Source: Paramoeba atlantica (Eukaryota; Protista; Discosea). From it: a DNA stretch of 64,000 bases. Below the pieces are notes generated by a model that ran no database searches, was not told the origin of the DNA, and saw only the letters and a list, made by a program, of their open reading frames with translations. Shown here in pieces: positions 12,184 through 23,431 of the stretch. The position numbers were made by a program, and so were the translations under genes. How positions within the stretch are numbered: position 1 is the stretch's first letter; each line of letters starts with the position of its first letter. Where the stretch lies: NCBI GenBank assembly GCA_977017575.1, contig CDRNVI010000063.1, forward strand, positions 124,001 through 188,000, in the 5' to 3' direction.

Positions 12184-13395
12184 CTACGTATCTCCATCAA
12201 ATCCTTTAGGGTGAAGTCGATTGTTGTTTACACCCACACTCAGTACCTGTTTGTCCCAAGTTCTCCGATCCTCACGACTTTGATAGTGTCGCATGCGGTT
12301 CTGTCGCGCACGTTCCTCTTGAGCGTGATTAGCGGTCAACTTTTGTCCACCCGAGTAACACCGCAAAGCTGAAAAACGATCTCGAAACGATGTCATTGAC
12401 GAGTGCGGCGTATTTACAGCATACAGACTTGTCTTCTGTCCTCGAGCATTTATCGTCAAATGATTTCCACTGATTCCTCGTCCAGTCGTATGCCCCCGAT
12501 CAAGTATTTGTCGCAGCTTGCCATCCGCAGTGGATTGCAAGGCAAGTTGCCCCGATTCTCTCTGGGGGCCACTATTACCCACGGAACGATCCAAATAGGA
12601 TTTCACAGGACCGCAGTAACTTTTCCCTCGTTTTGCAAACGGCCCGGTACGTGTTTTTTGGTCCACATTGAGGTCACTGGCTATTGTCTCAAGCCACTCT
12701 GTTTCATAGTACGGGTCATATTCCCCCGTAGACAGAGCAGACAGGGGAATAGCGGTGTGGCGCTGATCCCTCATATGCATTTGGACCGCAGTCAGGGAGT
12801 CAAACTCCTTGGAGGACCTCTCGGAGGACTCACACGTGATGCACAGCCCGGCAGAAATCTTTCGTGCAAGATAACAAAGCAGTCCCTGAAGGTCGTGAAG
12901 ATGGATTTCAAAAGGTATTTCGAAATTGTGGACCGTCTTCATATGGGATATAGTGGTCGTGATGTTTGGAAAGAGAGGGGATCGTAGGCAGAACAGACAG
13001 TGCAGTTCCGTGATGGAACTATCGGAATTGGAAACTGATTCAGCGTACTCGAGAGAGGCTTCTTCTTTACAATCGGATAGCGTTTCATTTTTTCGGGTGG
13101 CGTTTTGTAGCTTATTGTAACGATGTGTCCGGGAACGTACGTGGTCTTGTAAGGTCAATGCAGTGTTAAATGTCTTCTGACACAACTTGCAAAAGTATTG
13201 AGCTGAAGAAACGCGTTGAACGTCAGTGTTGGAAGGTTGCAAAAGCGAAAGCTGAGCCGACCCTGAGGCTCGTGTACGTACACGAAGATTATGAATGTGT
13301 GTCTCACTGGAATAATGTTGTCGCAAGCTGAACAAATCGCCTGAAATAGAGATCGTGCATGTGCTGCAGTAGTGAGGGGCACTCTCGGTGTTCAT
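12184..13395 (-). CDS. REI1: Pre-60S maturation zinc-finger protein (REI1/REH1/ZNF622 family)
   Basis: YCSTC..HYSSETHIHNLR, CKLCQKTF..HVRSRTH, CLFC..HMKTVHNF and LCITC..AVQMHMRD..H. A polypyrimidine tract lies upstream of the ATG. Confidence 0.88.
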   Translation of the reverse strand: MNTESAPHYCSTCTISISGDLFSLRQHYSSETHIHNLRVRTRASGSAQLSLLQPSNTDVQRVSSAQYFCKLCQKTFNTALTLQDHVRSRTHRYNKLQNATRKNETLSDCKEEASLEYAESVSNSDSSITELHCLFCLRSPLFPNITTTISHMKTVHNFEIPFEIHLHDLQGLLCYLARKISAGLCITCESSERSSKEFDSLTAVQMHMRDQRHTAIPLSALSTGEYDPYYETEWLETIASDLNVDQKTRTGPFAKRGKSYCGPVKSYLDRSVGNSGPQRESGQLALQSTADGKLRQILDRGHTTGRGISGNHLTINARGQKTSLYAVNTPHSSMTSFRDRFSALRCYSGGQKLTANHAQEERARQNRMRHYQSREDRRTWDKQVLSVGVNNNRLHPKGFDGDT

Positions 13396-13440
13396 TTATA
13401 GTAGAGAAAAAAGAAAGAAATAGAGAAACGAATGTACGTA

Positions 13441-13743
13441 CACCCCCGCTAATTAATTTTTATAAACATAAATTATAAAAATTTTGCATTCGTATTTATA
13501 ATTTAGACAAATTATTTTGTGAAGGTACCGGTTGACGTCACCAATATCACGTACTTTTCCCGACGATAGTGAAAGCATCAGCATTCCCAATACTTTCGGA
13601 ATGCCGTTTCGACCACTTTGATGAAAAAAGCCATACAAGTTTGAAAAAACGTTTTATAAATTACACAACGAAGATTTACTATAATTAAGAAAAGTATAAA
13701 GGTCGAAAAATCACCCGTTCATAAAAATATATTAGCAGGGGTG
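13441..13743. mobile_element. MITE with TA TSD
   Basis: TA-CACCCCCGCTAAT ... ATTAGCAGGGGTG-TA. A shorter relative lies at about 32293-32388. Confidence 0.7.
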
Positions 13744-14049
13744 TAATTTAGAACCCGACAAAAGACGTTACCCGGTGTCAACAGAACTCTCTACATAACT
13801 ATGGTGTCATTGATTAAGAGAGAGATATTCTAAGAAATTCTGAGTAAGGTACTCGCCTATTGCATTTTATTGTCATCACAAAACAACGTTTTTTGAGAGT
13901 TTTGTGGTCGATATCGGAAGTTTTGTGACCTGTAAGTTCCTCTTGCACTGTACCTCTTCCACGTTCACAAGTCGAAGAGACGTGATCACTTCATGAATCC
14001 AGGTGCAGGAGTACTCTCCCTCTCCTTAATTTTTATAAATTATAAATTA

Positions 14050-14228
14050 CTGTCCCCCCCGTTTAAGCGCACCTCGTTTTCCGCGAAAAGTGCGCTTAAA
14101 CGGGGGGGTCTGAATCACTACATAAAAAAGAAATTGGCACCGCTTCGCGGCGCCGGGCTCTTTCCTTCAACTCTATGTGCGCTTAAACGGGGGGGGGGCT
14201 GACCAGGTGCGCTTAAAAGGGGTGGCAG
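14050..14228. mobile_element. 179-bp MITE with TA TSD
   Basis: TA-CTGTCCCCCCCGTTTAAGCGCAC ... GTGCGCTTAAAAGGGGTGGCAG-TA. Confidence 0.7.
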
Positions 14229-14261
14229 TATAACAAAAAGTGAGTTATAATTATAATTATA

Positions 14262-14495
14262 AACCCTGTTCTGGGTTATTGTGACTAGAGATACTTATTG
14301 TGCAGGGGGAGACAATAAGTGGAAACAACCACTATTATTGTGCCCTCCCCTCCAAAATATGGCGCCGCCAGGCGGCGCCAATTTTTTTTACCCTTTTTTG
14401 GGTTTTCCAATATTTAGTTATTGTGCCTAGAGCCAGGTATTGTGCCTAGAGCCAGTTATTGTGCAGGGGGGGGCGCAATAACCCGGAACAGGGTT
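14262..14495. mobile_element. MITE with 20-bp TIR and 8-bp TSD
   Basis: TIR AACCCTGTTC(T/C)GGGTTATTG. TAATTATA occurs at 14254-14261 and 14496-14503. Confidence 0.8.
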
Positions 14496-14899
14496 TAATT
14501 ATAAAATTAATGATCCCGTATAAATGACCGCTATTCCAAAAACAGGTCGGCGTTAGTACGATCTGTAAGATGGTAGTGCCAGGGAAGACCGCGAGCAGGT
14601 CCCGACCATGCTTCCCCATGCTGAATTTTTTCGGTGAATCGCGTTTTACAAAAATCAGTATCTTCATCTCAGGAAGAAAATCCCGCCCAAAAAAGATTGT
14701 CTTTTCCCCTACATGAGCATTTTTTCATGAATCAATATCTGAAGCTGAGTCAAATAAGCAAAAGAAATCACATAGAGGTAATGTACTATAAACAAAATAA
14801 AGTTTGTATTTTCTCACCATCTGCCTCCAGCATAGAAATCAACCATTTGCGCTTTTCTGTAAGAATTTTCTTCGTAGGGCGTCTATCCACGTTCACAAA

Positions 14900-15788
14900 A
14901 TTTCTTTTTTAGCCTCTTCGTTAAACGCGGTGGTTGTTTTCAACTTAGAAGTCACTCATGCTGCGCGCTTCGCGTTGAAAACTACCGCCGCGTTTAACGA
15001 AGAGCCTAAAAAAGAAAATTTAGCCTGAAAAACGGAAAGATTATAGCCAAAAATAGCCGAATTTCGGGTAAAAATGGGGTGATTTTCGCGTATTTTTGCT
15101 CTCAGAGCACTAAATCCGACATTTGCGCGTGGGAAATCACTCGTAGGCATGAATGAAAGCCTACCGAATGTAAAAGGTAGAGAATGCGACTCCAACCATA
15201 CCATTCTTTCGACACAAAAATGCCCCTTTAGGTCCGAAAAATACTTTTTCACCTTTTTTAGTCAAAAATGGGTCATTTTGAGGGGCGCACCACGGTTTGA
15301 AGAAGGGATACCTTGCGAAAGCAACTGCGGAGAAAGCTAGTGTAGGTCCCAAACTATCAAAATACAATAGGGGAAACGATTTTGGAAAAATATTTTTTTT
15401 GTCATTTTTTTCGCCAAGTTGAAATTTTTTTCAAAAAATTTTTTCCGAAAAAATCCGAACTTGGCGGACCCGTCCTGCGGATACGCGGGGGGGTCACCCC
15501 CGGGTAGGGGTGTGGAAAATGCGCGCCAAGACCCCGGCTACCCTTTCTGCGTTTTTTTTTCGAAAACTAATTTTTTCGAAAAAATTTGCTCGACCATGAA
15601 CCCCCCTGGACCCCCCCCATGGACCCCCCACTTTTTTCAATTTTTTTTTTCAGTTTTGGTCCACCGGAGCCCCCTTTTATATTTTTTTCTTCTATTATAT
15701 TACTGTGTTCCTCTTTATATTTTCACTGTTTTTGTTCACTTTTTTTCAATAATCGAGGGTAGAGCGGTAGTTTTACAACCACCGCAAT
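14900..15788 (+). repeat. Family R interspersed repeat, copy 1 (long hairpin at one end)
   Basis: Near-identical inverted copy at 20265-21196. 44-bp stem at 14901-14944/14974-15017. Confidence 0.9.
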
Positions 15789-16513
15789 CCATCTTAAGTA
15801 GAATAATAGAAAAAATTCTTTGGTTTAGAATAAAATTAAGAAATAGCGTTCGATTAATTTCTGATTAATAAAAATTAATGATCCCGCATAAACTAAATTT
15901 TTATAACTCGAAATCCATTTATATAAATTAATGAGAGAGGGAGTATTATAGTAGCTGTCTACTTGAGAACTCTTTCTCGAGTACAGAAACGAACTCTTCT
16001 CGAGTACAGCCGAAGCCAAACCCTCCAGGCAAAAAGGACCGAAACGAGCTCATCTATTGGCCGCAAAATATATAAAAAAAGTTACAAGGTTACAACAAGG
16101 GGGTGACGTATTCAATTGAAATGATTTTCCTCCCCGATTCCATATTCTGATACCTTATGACCCATGGACTCAACGGGACATTAGTACAAGCTTGAAGCGC
16201 GGTACTGTGTAAAATGGGAGCCGCTGTGTTAAGTTTCCATCTTCTGCAAGAAAGAGTTGCTCTATCAACAGAGTTCCCCTATCAACAGAGTTCCTCGGAG
16301 CATTGCACCACCGATCATAAATAATAATAATTCTCTGCACCCTTGTTGATGCTGAGAGATTTAAATGGGTACACAAGACGGTGGACAAGGTACTTTATAG
16401 TTTATATCTGAATACCGTAAGACGGATGGGGTACGTCATTAAGTCTTAATGAACATCTTAAGATGATGTCGCCGTGACTTTTGTGCTCATGACTCCAAAA
16501 TCATTTTTGAAAC

Positions 16514-16626
16514 TCTTTTAGTCGCTTCGGTAAACGAGGTGGTTGTTTTCAACTTCGAAGGCACCAAATCTGCGCGCTTCGCGTTGAAAACTACCTCCGC
16601 GTTTAACGAAGTGACTAAAAAAGAAA
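16514..16626 (+). repeat. Family R hairpin, diverged copy
   Basis: Same arms and 29-nt loop as 14901-15017. Confidence 0.85.
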
Positions 16627-17069
16627 TAATTGCCAGGAAAAAGGAAGAAACCAGAGAGAATACAAACGAAAATGACCGACTTTTGGGTAAAAATATTAGT
16701 AATATTTTTTAAAAAGTCTTTTTCAGTGGAGGAAAGTTACTTTAAAGTACTTTTTTTTACTATAAAACTTTCAATTTTTTTTTCCGTTTATCCAAAAATT
16801 CGGTAGAGTAGAACTGCCATGACCTTTTCTTCGCATTCGAACTTCAGGTTACCTGTTATCTTGGAAATTGAAAGGGGTGAAAGGAATTGAAAGGGGTGAA
16901 GAGGGTGAAAGGGAGTGAAGGGTCTCGCATTACGCGAATAGGTACTTTTCCATTGAGTGAGTTGAGAGAGAAAAAAATGTGCGTAAAGAAAGATAGTAAA
17001 AATGCTGCTAAAGTGCAACTGATTCGCAAAATGCAGTAAAAAGCAAAAAAAGTACTTTATCAGCCCAAA

Positions 17070-17610
17070 TGCAAAATTGAATACAAAACATTTGAACACC
17101 GAGAAAAGAATCGCGCCTCAACTGCCGATGTGACATCGATTGGTGTTGACATTTTCGATCAATTTTCAATAAATACAACACTGTAAACACCTGGAGAGAT
17201 CAGAAAGTTCGAACTCTTAATCACAGTGTCCAAAGTCGACCACCAACGTGTTTCTTTCTTCATGTTCCCGCATCTGACACGACGTGAACAGCAAAGATGC
17301 GTTCAGATTGAAGTTCATCCAATGTTTGCTCAAGCAGAAGCTTGAATGCGGTGGCATCAGTTGATGACACAGGCTTGATAGCCCAACACATCGAGATTCC
17401 TTTACGTACGAGCGTCACGGCACATGTCGTGCGGCGGTGAATAGTGGAGGTATCCATACATACACTTACCATACATTGTTGTTGTGAGAACAAGAACACG
17501 TTCTGGTTCTCAGAATCGAAGAACACTGTTCTCAGAACATCGAGAACACGTGGATTTAACTCAGCGGTCGTCATCTCCTCGTGAGAAAGTGTGGTGATTT
17601 TTGTCCTCAT
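17070..17610 (-). pseudogene. hAT-like (DUF659-type) transposase remnant, a different lineage from the 34853 element
   Basis: VSVCMDTST and VHVVSDAG resemble the first two catalytic Asp motifs. Downstream P..TSAVEARFFS resembles the hAT dimerisation motif. Confidence 0.5.
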
Positions 17611-18074
17611 AAACTATGTAAACCCTCCCGACGGTTATTGTTCACATTTTTTATTGTTCACATTCTTTATAGTTCACAATTTTTTGAAATAACCTTGGCG
17701 GATCACCGTCTTGATTTGTAAAATCATTTGGATTGCAGAAGGAATTTCATCGGGAAACTTCAAGGTAAATAACATATTGTGTTGTTCCGAGCGACGGTGA
17801 AGCAGGCTCTGTTTCAGCGGATGCGTTGTCAGATGATGATTCTTCCAATATTAGCACAAGTGATGCGACCCTCAACGAAGCAAGATCTGAGGAAAATTCT
17901 TCTGAAACAGAAGCAAACGAATCTTCTGAAACAGATGACTCCAATGAAACTGAGACAGAAGATAGTTCTGCAGGATCCTCGGAATGCTATGGAGTCCTCC
18001 TTATCTCGTCCGGATGTTGTTCTTTCTGCATTTAACAGATTAGGTTACCTTCATCCTTGCAAAGCTTCCATTAG

Positions 18075-18115
18075 AAACATTGATTATCAAGATACAGTTT
18101 CTGTACCTTGTTGGT
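18075..18115 (+). ncRNA. Spliced-leader exon-like 39-mer followed by GT
   Basis: AAACATTGATTATCAAGATACAGTTTCTGTACCTTGTTG|GT contains the conserved euglenozoan SL core CAGTTTCTGTAC and the TTG|GT junction. No convincing SL intron follows. Confidence 0.5.
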
Positions 18116-19821
18116 AAATTTTCCTTTAGCTCATCTTTTCTTTCCCCGGCAACGGGCATAATCTTACTGTTTTATATGCCCGTTGCCGGACGGCACTAAG
18201 GCCGAAACTGTCCCTCTTTCTCGGCGAAGCAGGGGACGCACTTCCACCCCTTCACCCCTCCCCGGATCACTCTTTGAGTGAGTTTACTTCCCTCCCCGAC
18301 TTTCTTACCTTCGCGCCTTTCCTTCCCGGGGAGCCATGCTCCATGGCGGCCTCCCTTGAGGACCACTGGGCGTGGCTCTGCCTCTTCTTATCGCGAGGCA
18401 GCGGTCGGTTGCAGTGCGCCCCTCCGGCTGGGTAAAGAGAGGGCGAGTTGCCTGGACCCCCTCTAACGACAGAGTCCGTGCACCCTTGGTGCGACATCCG
18501 TCATCGCGGAGTGCGCCGATGATATCTGCCGTCGCATCAAGGGCTGTATCTCTGCGTCAACGAGCGCATGGACATCAAACTTGAGGAGCCAGACGATGTG
18601 GTACCCCCAGACGATGTGGCACTCCCAGACGATGTGGCACAAAGTACGCGAAATGCACGCGAACGCGATAACATCGATCGGGCATCGCATACGTTATTAC
18701 AAAACAGAATGCCCGCTAAGCAACGCAAGATTACAGAGTTTGTAAATGTTCAACAGAACGATGACAGTGTTGAAGAACCTCCCCCGTAGAAGGGAGGTAG
18801 ATTGTCCTCTAGGGGCCGAGGTAGATGGGGCTGTCCCATGACTGGAATTCTTGTGAAGCCGGCTGCCGCGTTTGAAGCGGGTCAATGGCGAGAGCCGGGG
18901 AGAGAGATAGAGTAGGAAAGGAAAAGAGGAAGAAGCCAAGAAACGTTTGCCCTTGTGTAAGATTGTAGGTGCACTGCATGTATCCAAAGTTGTTAGTATC
19001 AAAAGATTTTTGATGCCAAGTACGTAATATTGTACCAATGCTACACGTTTGTAAGATGAAACTACAGGCGCGTTGCCCCCCTCTTAGCCCGGAAGGTATG
19101 CAACAACCAGAGCGAACTGTCTGTGAAGTAAATACATACATCTCCGCAGTACGGTACTTCGTACTAAGCGTAGTACAGACCCCGTATTTCGTACTAGTAC
19201 GTACTAAGTACCGTACTATCCGTACTTAGTACGAAGGTCCGTACTTCATGCAGTTTGTCTAACAATTTCAAATAAAGAAACCACACTGAAGTAGTGTACC
19301 ATGTGACGCTGAAGGGCTGCAACCTCTGTCATGAAGGGCATACATGTTAACACTCACAAAATAAAAGCAAATATAGAAGTAATTTAAAAGGAATATAGAA
19401 GAAGTATATGGTGAAAGCATAAAAATTTGAATCAAAAGACACTCTATATTTATCACAATTTTCTCACTTGCTATGAACTAACGAATAGGTGATCGCCGAC
19501 ACCCGCCCAAAAAATGTATAAGAGAACGGAAAGGAAAAGTGAAAGTGATCTAAGAACTTTTAGAAGCTATTTTCATTGAATGTATAGAATGCTGTATATT
19601 TTTTTAACAAAGGTATGCAATCAATATCATACATTACAAGATTCCATTAATTTTAGTTTAATACTACGAAAAATCACCCTAAATTAGTCCAATGAGAGGG
19701 TGGTTACTCTGTAAAATCTTTGTCTTCGCCTTCACCTGTATCGCTACTTTCGTGAAGATCAAACTCACCTTCCTCGGATGATTTATATTGCGTTTTCGGG
19801 CTATGAGTCACTCTTTTAATC

Positions 19822-20087
19822 TTATTTAGGTTTCCACGCAAAAAAAATCCGGTCAGCAATCACACGTGGAGGGAGTCTGGATTGTCGAGGACTGTACATA
19901 TACGACAATATCGATAGCCATGAGTCACACTTTGTCACGAGAGGTGGCGTCCAAACGTAATGACGCGCGGCGAAAGCAATAGATGGGAAAAGTCTATCAC
20001 CCGTAGTGCACCAGTAATCATTACTGTGCACAGAGGGATCCCACTCAAAGTCAGTACAAGTGACGTACGCTAGCCACTCTGTGTCAG
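19822..20087 (-). pseudogene. hAT-like transposase C-terminal part, separated from 23972-24387 by a pogo insertion
   Basis: DFEWDP..FPSIAFAARHYVWTPPLVTKCDSWLS, homologous to ORF 36590..37396. Confidence 0.85.
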
Positions 20088-20264
20088 TACTGTGACCCTC
20101 CCCTTTAATATGCACCCCCTTCCCCCCCCCTAAATATGCACAAATTCGATGTTGAATTTTCGGAGCGTTTTTTTGAGAACAGATGTTTTGCCTATTTTTA
20201 CCCAATTTCTTCAAAAGGCTTTGTGCTTTTAAGCCTCTGATGTGCATCTATGTATGTGGAGATA

Positions 20265-21196
20265 ATTGCGGTGGTTGTAAAACTACCGCTCTACACTCGA
20301 TTATTGAAAAAAAAGTGAACAAAAACAGTGAAAATATAAAGGGGAACACAGTAATATAATAGAAGAAAAAATATAAAAGGGGGCTCCGGTGGACCAAAAC
20401 TGAAAAAAAAATTTGAAAAAAATGGGGGGTCCATGGGGGGGGGTCCATGGGGGAGGTCCAGGGGGGGGGTCCAGGGGGGGGGGGTCCAGGGGGGTTCATG
20501 GTCGAGCAAATTTTTTTCGAAAAAATTAGTTTTCGAAAAAAAACCGCAGAAAGGGTAGCCGGGGTCTTGGCGCGCATTTTCCACACCCCTACCCGGGGGT
20601 GACCCCCCCGCGTATCCGCAGGACGGGTCCGCCTAGTTCGGATTTTTTCGGAAAAAAAAATTTGAAAAAAATTTCAACTTGGCGAAAAAAATCGCAAAAA
20701 AAATATTTTTCCAAAATCGTTTCCCCAATTGTAGTTTGATAGTTTGGGACCTACACTAGCTTTCTCCGCAGTTGCTTTCGCAAGGTATCCCTTCTTCAAA
20801 CCGTGGTGCGCCCCTCAAAATGACCCATTTTTGACTAAAAAAGGTGAAAAAGTATTTTTCGGGCCTAAAGGGGCATTTTTGTGTCGAAAGAATGGTATGG
20901 TTGGAGTCGCATTCTCTACCCAATACGTTCGGTAGGCTTCCACTGATGCCTGCGAGTGATTTCCCACGCGCAAATGTCGGATTTAGTGCTCTGAGAGCAA
21001 AAATACGCGAAAATCACCCCATTTTTACCCGAAATTCGGCTATTTTTGGCTATAATCTTTCCGTTTTTCAGGCTAAATTTTCTTTTTTAGGCTCTTCGTT
21101 AAACGCGGCGGTAGTTTTCAACGCGAAGCGCGCAGCATGAGTGACTTCTAAGTTGAAAACAACCACCGCGTTTAACGAAGAGGCTAAAAAAGAAAT
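20265..21196 (-). repeat. Family R copy 2, inserted in the pogo 5' region
   Basis: Reverse complement of 14900-15788. Hairpin at 21079-21195. Confidence 0.9.
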
Positions 21197-21202
21197 ATAT
21201 AT

Positions 21203-23431
21203 TTGTATACTTGTTCCTCTCTTTCTCCCGTACTTTTCACCCTTATGTCAGATACTGACGGAGTTCCGACCACAGTTCACTCTGTGCGTGGACCTCTGAC
21301 CACTTGGCTTCGGAAGCTCCCTCCACAACCGCAAGTAGCGGAGCGCACACCCCTTATTATTAACAACACCCCGACGGTAACAGTTCAGGAAAAACGGCAG
21401 CGTACTGAACTTACTATATTCGAGAAACGAGAAATTTGTAGATCTCAAAGTTCTGTAGAGCAAACCGAACAAAAATATGGTATATCACGGAGAGCGGTTT
21501 ATGAAATTCGTAAAACGGGGATTGACCACTACCAAAAGTTAATTAACCGCAACATGGGAAACCAACACCGGAACCGGGGATTCAATGAAAGAGGGGGGGA
21601 TTATAGTAATGCGAATGCCGAAGTCTATGATAAGGCTGAGGCAATGCTGTCTGTTCATCGTGCTTGTGAGCAGGCCTCCGCATTGTGGTGCTCACTGACC
21701 AAGTCGATGGTGATCGACTTGATCCGACAGAAAACGAGATTAACTTCTATAACTGCTTTAGAAGACACTTATCAGCGTTTCAAAAAGCACTATGGATGGG
21801 TGTGGCGGAGATGGGGTCGAACGCAGTGCCTGGCGCCCAGTGACGTAGAATTTCGAATCTCTCAGTGGGCAGAGAAATTTTATACTCAAAACACTGTGCG
21901 TAAGTATCGCTTCGCTTTCTTCGGTGACGAAACTGCGATGTTTGTCAATGGAGAAGTTCAAGGATACACTCATGCTCCGATTCGTTGCCCACAGCCAAAA
22001 GTCGTGGATACCAATCTGAAAGAAACAGTTACAGCTTTTCTTGCAGGTGTGTATGATTTTGCTTTGGATAAGGTATTTCCACTTTACCCAACGGTGATCT
22101 TTGAGCACAATGCAAAGAATCGAGAAAGCTCTACCATTTACACTGAAATGACACGTCTAGCTTATTCTCTGAGCGGGATTTACATCGATGTAAGTCGTTC
22201 TGGGTGGGTTACTGACCATGTCTATGAGCGAATGTTAAAGAAATATTTACCCTATACTCTTGACAACCCCTCGACGGTTATTATCACGGACGATTATACC
22301 GCTCATAGAACGAATAATGTACCAACGAATTGTGATCCACAGACGATACCCGGAGGGTGTACGAAAGCCATACAATTCCATGATCGCGTTTTTAATCGCT
22401 TATTCAAGCGTCAATACAATGAGCTTCTTAGCGCGTGGCGACTTCGAAATAGCGCCCAGAAGGTTACTCGTGCGCTTGTTTTGCAATGGATTAAGGATGC
22501 ACATGCACATGTATGGGCAAAAAACCAGAGCACTTTATTAAAAGTAGCACAAACTTACATTTTGCGACCTGCGACTGAGTACCCTTGGATTGAGTCAAGC
22601 GTTACAGTTGGCTCAAAAGCTACTCTTGGAATATGTCCTGAACATGCCGTCTCATCCTCCTCAATTTCAAAAGGAGAAAAACCCACACAAGAATCCATTG
22701 TGGTAGAAGATAGTGCGGGCAACACGTCCCACTATGACAAAGAGTGGAAACGATTCCGCGGTCGAAAGCGATTTCTTACCACGCATGCTGTTGATACATT
22801 ATGCGAAAATGTATTGCAGGCATACCGTCTAGCCCCTTCCGCAGACAAAAGAATAGTTTTTTTGAACACAGGAAAGACTCGATTACTTTTAGGTTTTCAG
22901 CGCAAAATGTTCAGTCAAATTTTCCCCGACTCACGAATTATTGCGGTGCTCTTCTTTAACAACCATTTTTTTTTCGTGGAACTCCGAAAGCATCTGTTGA
23001 CAATATTTGATAGTTACGAGGATTATTCTCCGATTGCTCGTCAAAATTTTCTTCAGTGCTTTCTAAAATTATTCTGTCCTCTTCTTGGTCACTCAATAGA
23101 GGATGTTCGTCTTCGACATGCTTCAGTCATGCAGCAGGAGCCTACGCTAAATGAATGTGGAATACATGTAGTGAACAATTTATGTTCATTCCTGTTCTAT
23201 CCTGCCACATTCAGTAGAGTGAATAATGTTTTGACCCGAAAGAATCTTTCTAAGTCATGGTGGCCGTGCGGACCAGGAATTCTATCACTTCCTGAAAAAC
23301 AAAGTGCTGACGAAGAAACCGTCGGAGCGCTCCGTGACTCAGATTCCGATTGTGAGTATACAACCAATTTGATAAAAGATGTGCAGCTTGAAGATGCGAC
23401 CGCGGATGGATGGGAGCTGTCCGAAAATTAA
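21203..23431 (+). CDS. Pogo-like DD30D transposase fused to a C-terminal Ulp1/C48-type peptidase (likely start 21245)
   Basis: HTH (LTIFEKREIC..KYGISRRAVYEIRK), FFGDET, ITDDYTAH and IQFHD. C-terminal NNHF, IFDS and QQ..NECGIHV. Confidence 0.85.
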   Translation: MYTCSSLSPVLFTLMSDTDGVPTTVHSVRGPLTTWLRKLPPQPQVAERTPLIINNTPTVTVQEKRQRTELTIFEKREICRSQSSVEQTEQKYGISRRAVYEIRKTGIDHYQKLINRNMGNQHRNRGFNERGGDYSNANAEVYDKAEAMLSVHRACEQASALWCSLTKSMVIDLIRQKTRLTSITALEDTYQRFKKHYGWVWRRWGRTQCLAPSDVEFRISQWAEKFYTQNTVRKYRFAFFGDETAMFVNGEVQGYTHAPIRCPQPKVVDTNLKETVTAFLAGVYDFALDKVFPLYPTVIFEHNAKNRESSTIYTEMTRLAYSLSGIYIDVSRSGWVTDHVYERMLKKYLPYTLDNPSTVIITDDYTAHRTNNVPTNCDPQTIPGGCTKAIQFHDRVFNRLFKRQYNELLSAWRLRNSAQKVTRALVLQWIKDAHAHVWAKNQSTLLKVAQTYILRPATEYPWIESSVTVGSKATLGICPEHAVSSSSISKGEKPTQESIVVEDSAGNTSHYDKEWKRFRGRKRFLTTHAVDTLCENVLQAYRLAPSADKRIVFLNTGKTRLLLGFQRKMFSQIFPDSRIIAVLFFNNHFFFVELRKHLLTIFDSYEDYSPIARQNFLQCFLKLFCPLLGHSIEDVRLRHASVMQQEPTLNECGIHVVNNLCSFLFYPATFSRVNNVLTRKNLSKSWWPCGPGILSLPEKQSADEETVGALRDSDSDCEYTTNLIKDVQLEDATADGWELSEN

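Larger units (their letters stand above)
14014..15943. mobile_element. Stowaway-like TA-flanked element hosting nested insertions
   Basis: Imperfect TIRs CTC(T)CCCTCTC..TTAATT..ATAAAT at both ends, each flanked by TA. Confidence 0.55.

Noticed and set aside
14956-15868. ORFs repeated at 20248-21140
   Set aside because: They recur only because family R is duplicated, and they are Phe/Lys-biased homopolymer translations.
17747-18117. Acidic Ser/Glu-rich ORFs
   Set aside because: Low complexity, interrupted by stops, with no recognisable domain.
18190-18240. Hammerhead or HDV-like ribozyme (GGCCGAAAC, GGCGAAGC)
   Set aside because: No CUGANGA core, and I could not build the HDV nested pseudoknot on either strand.
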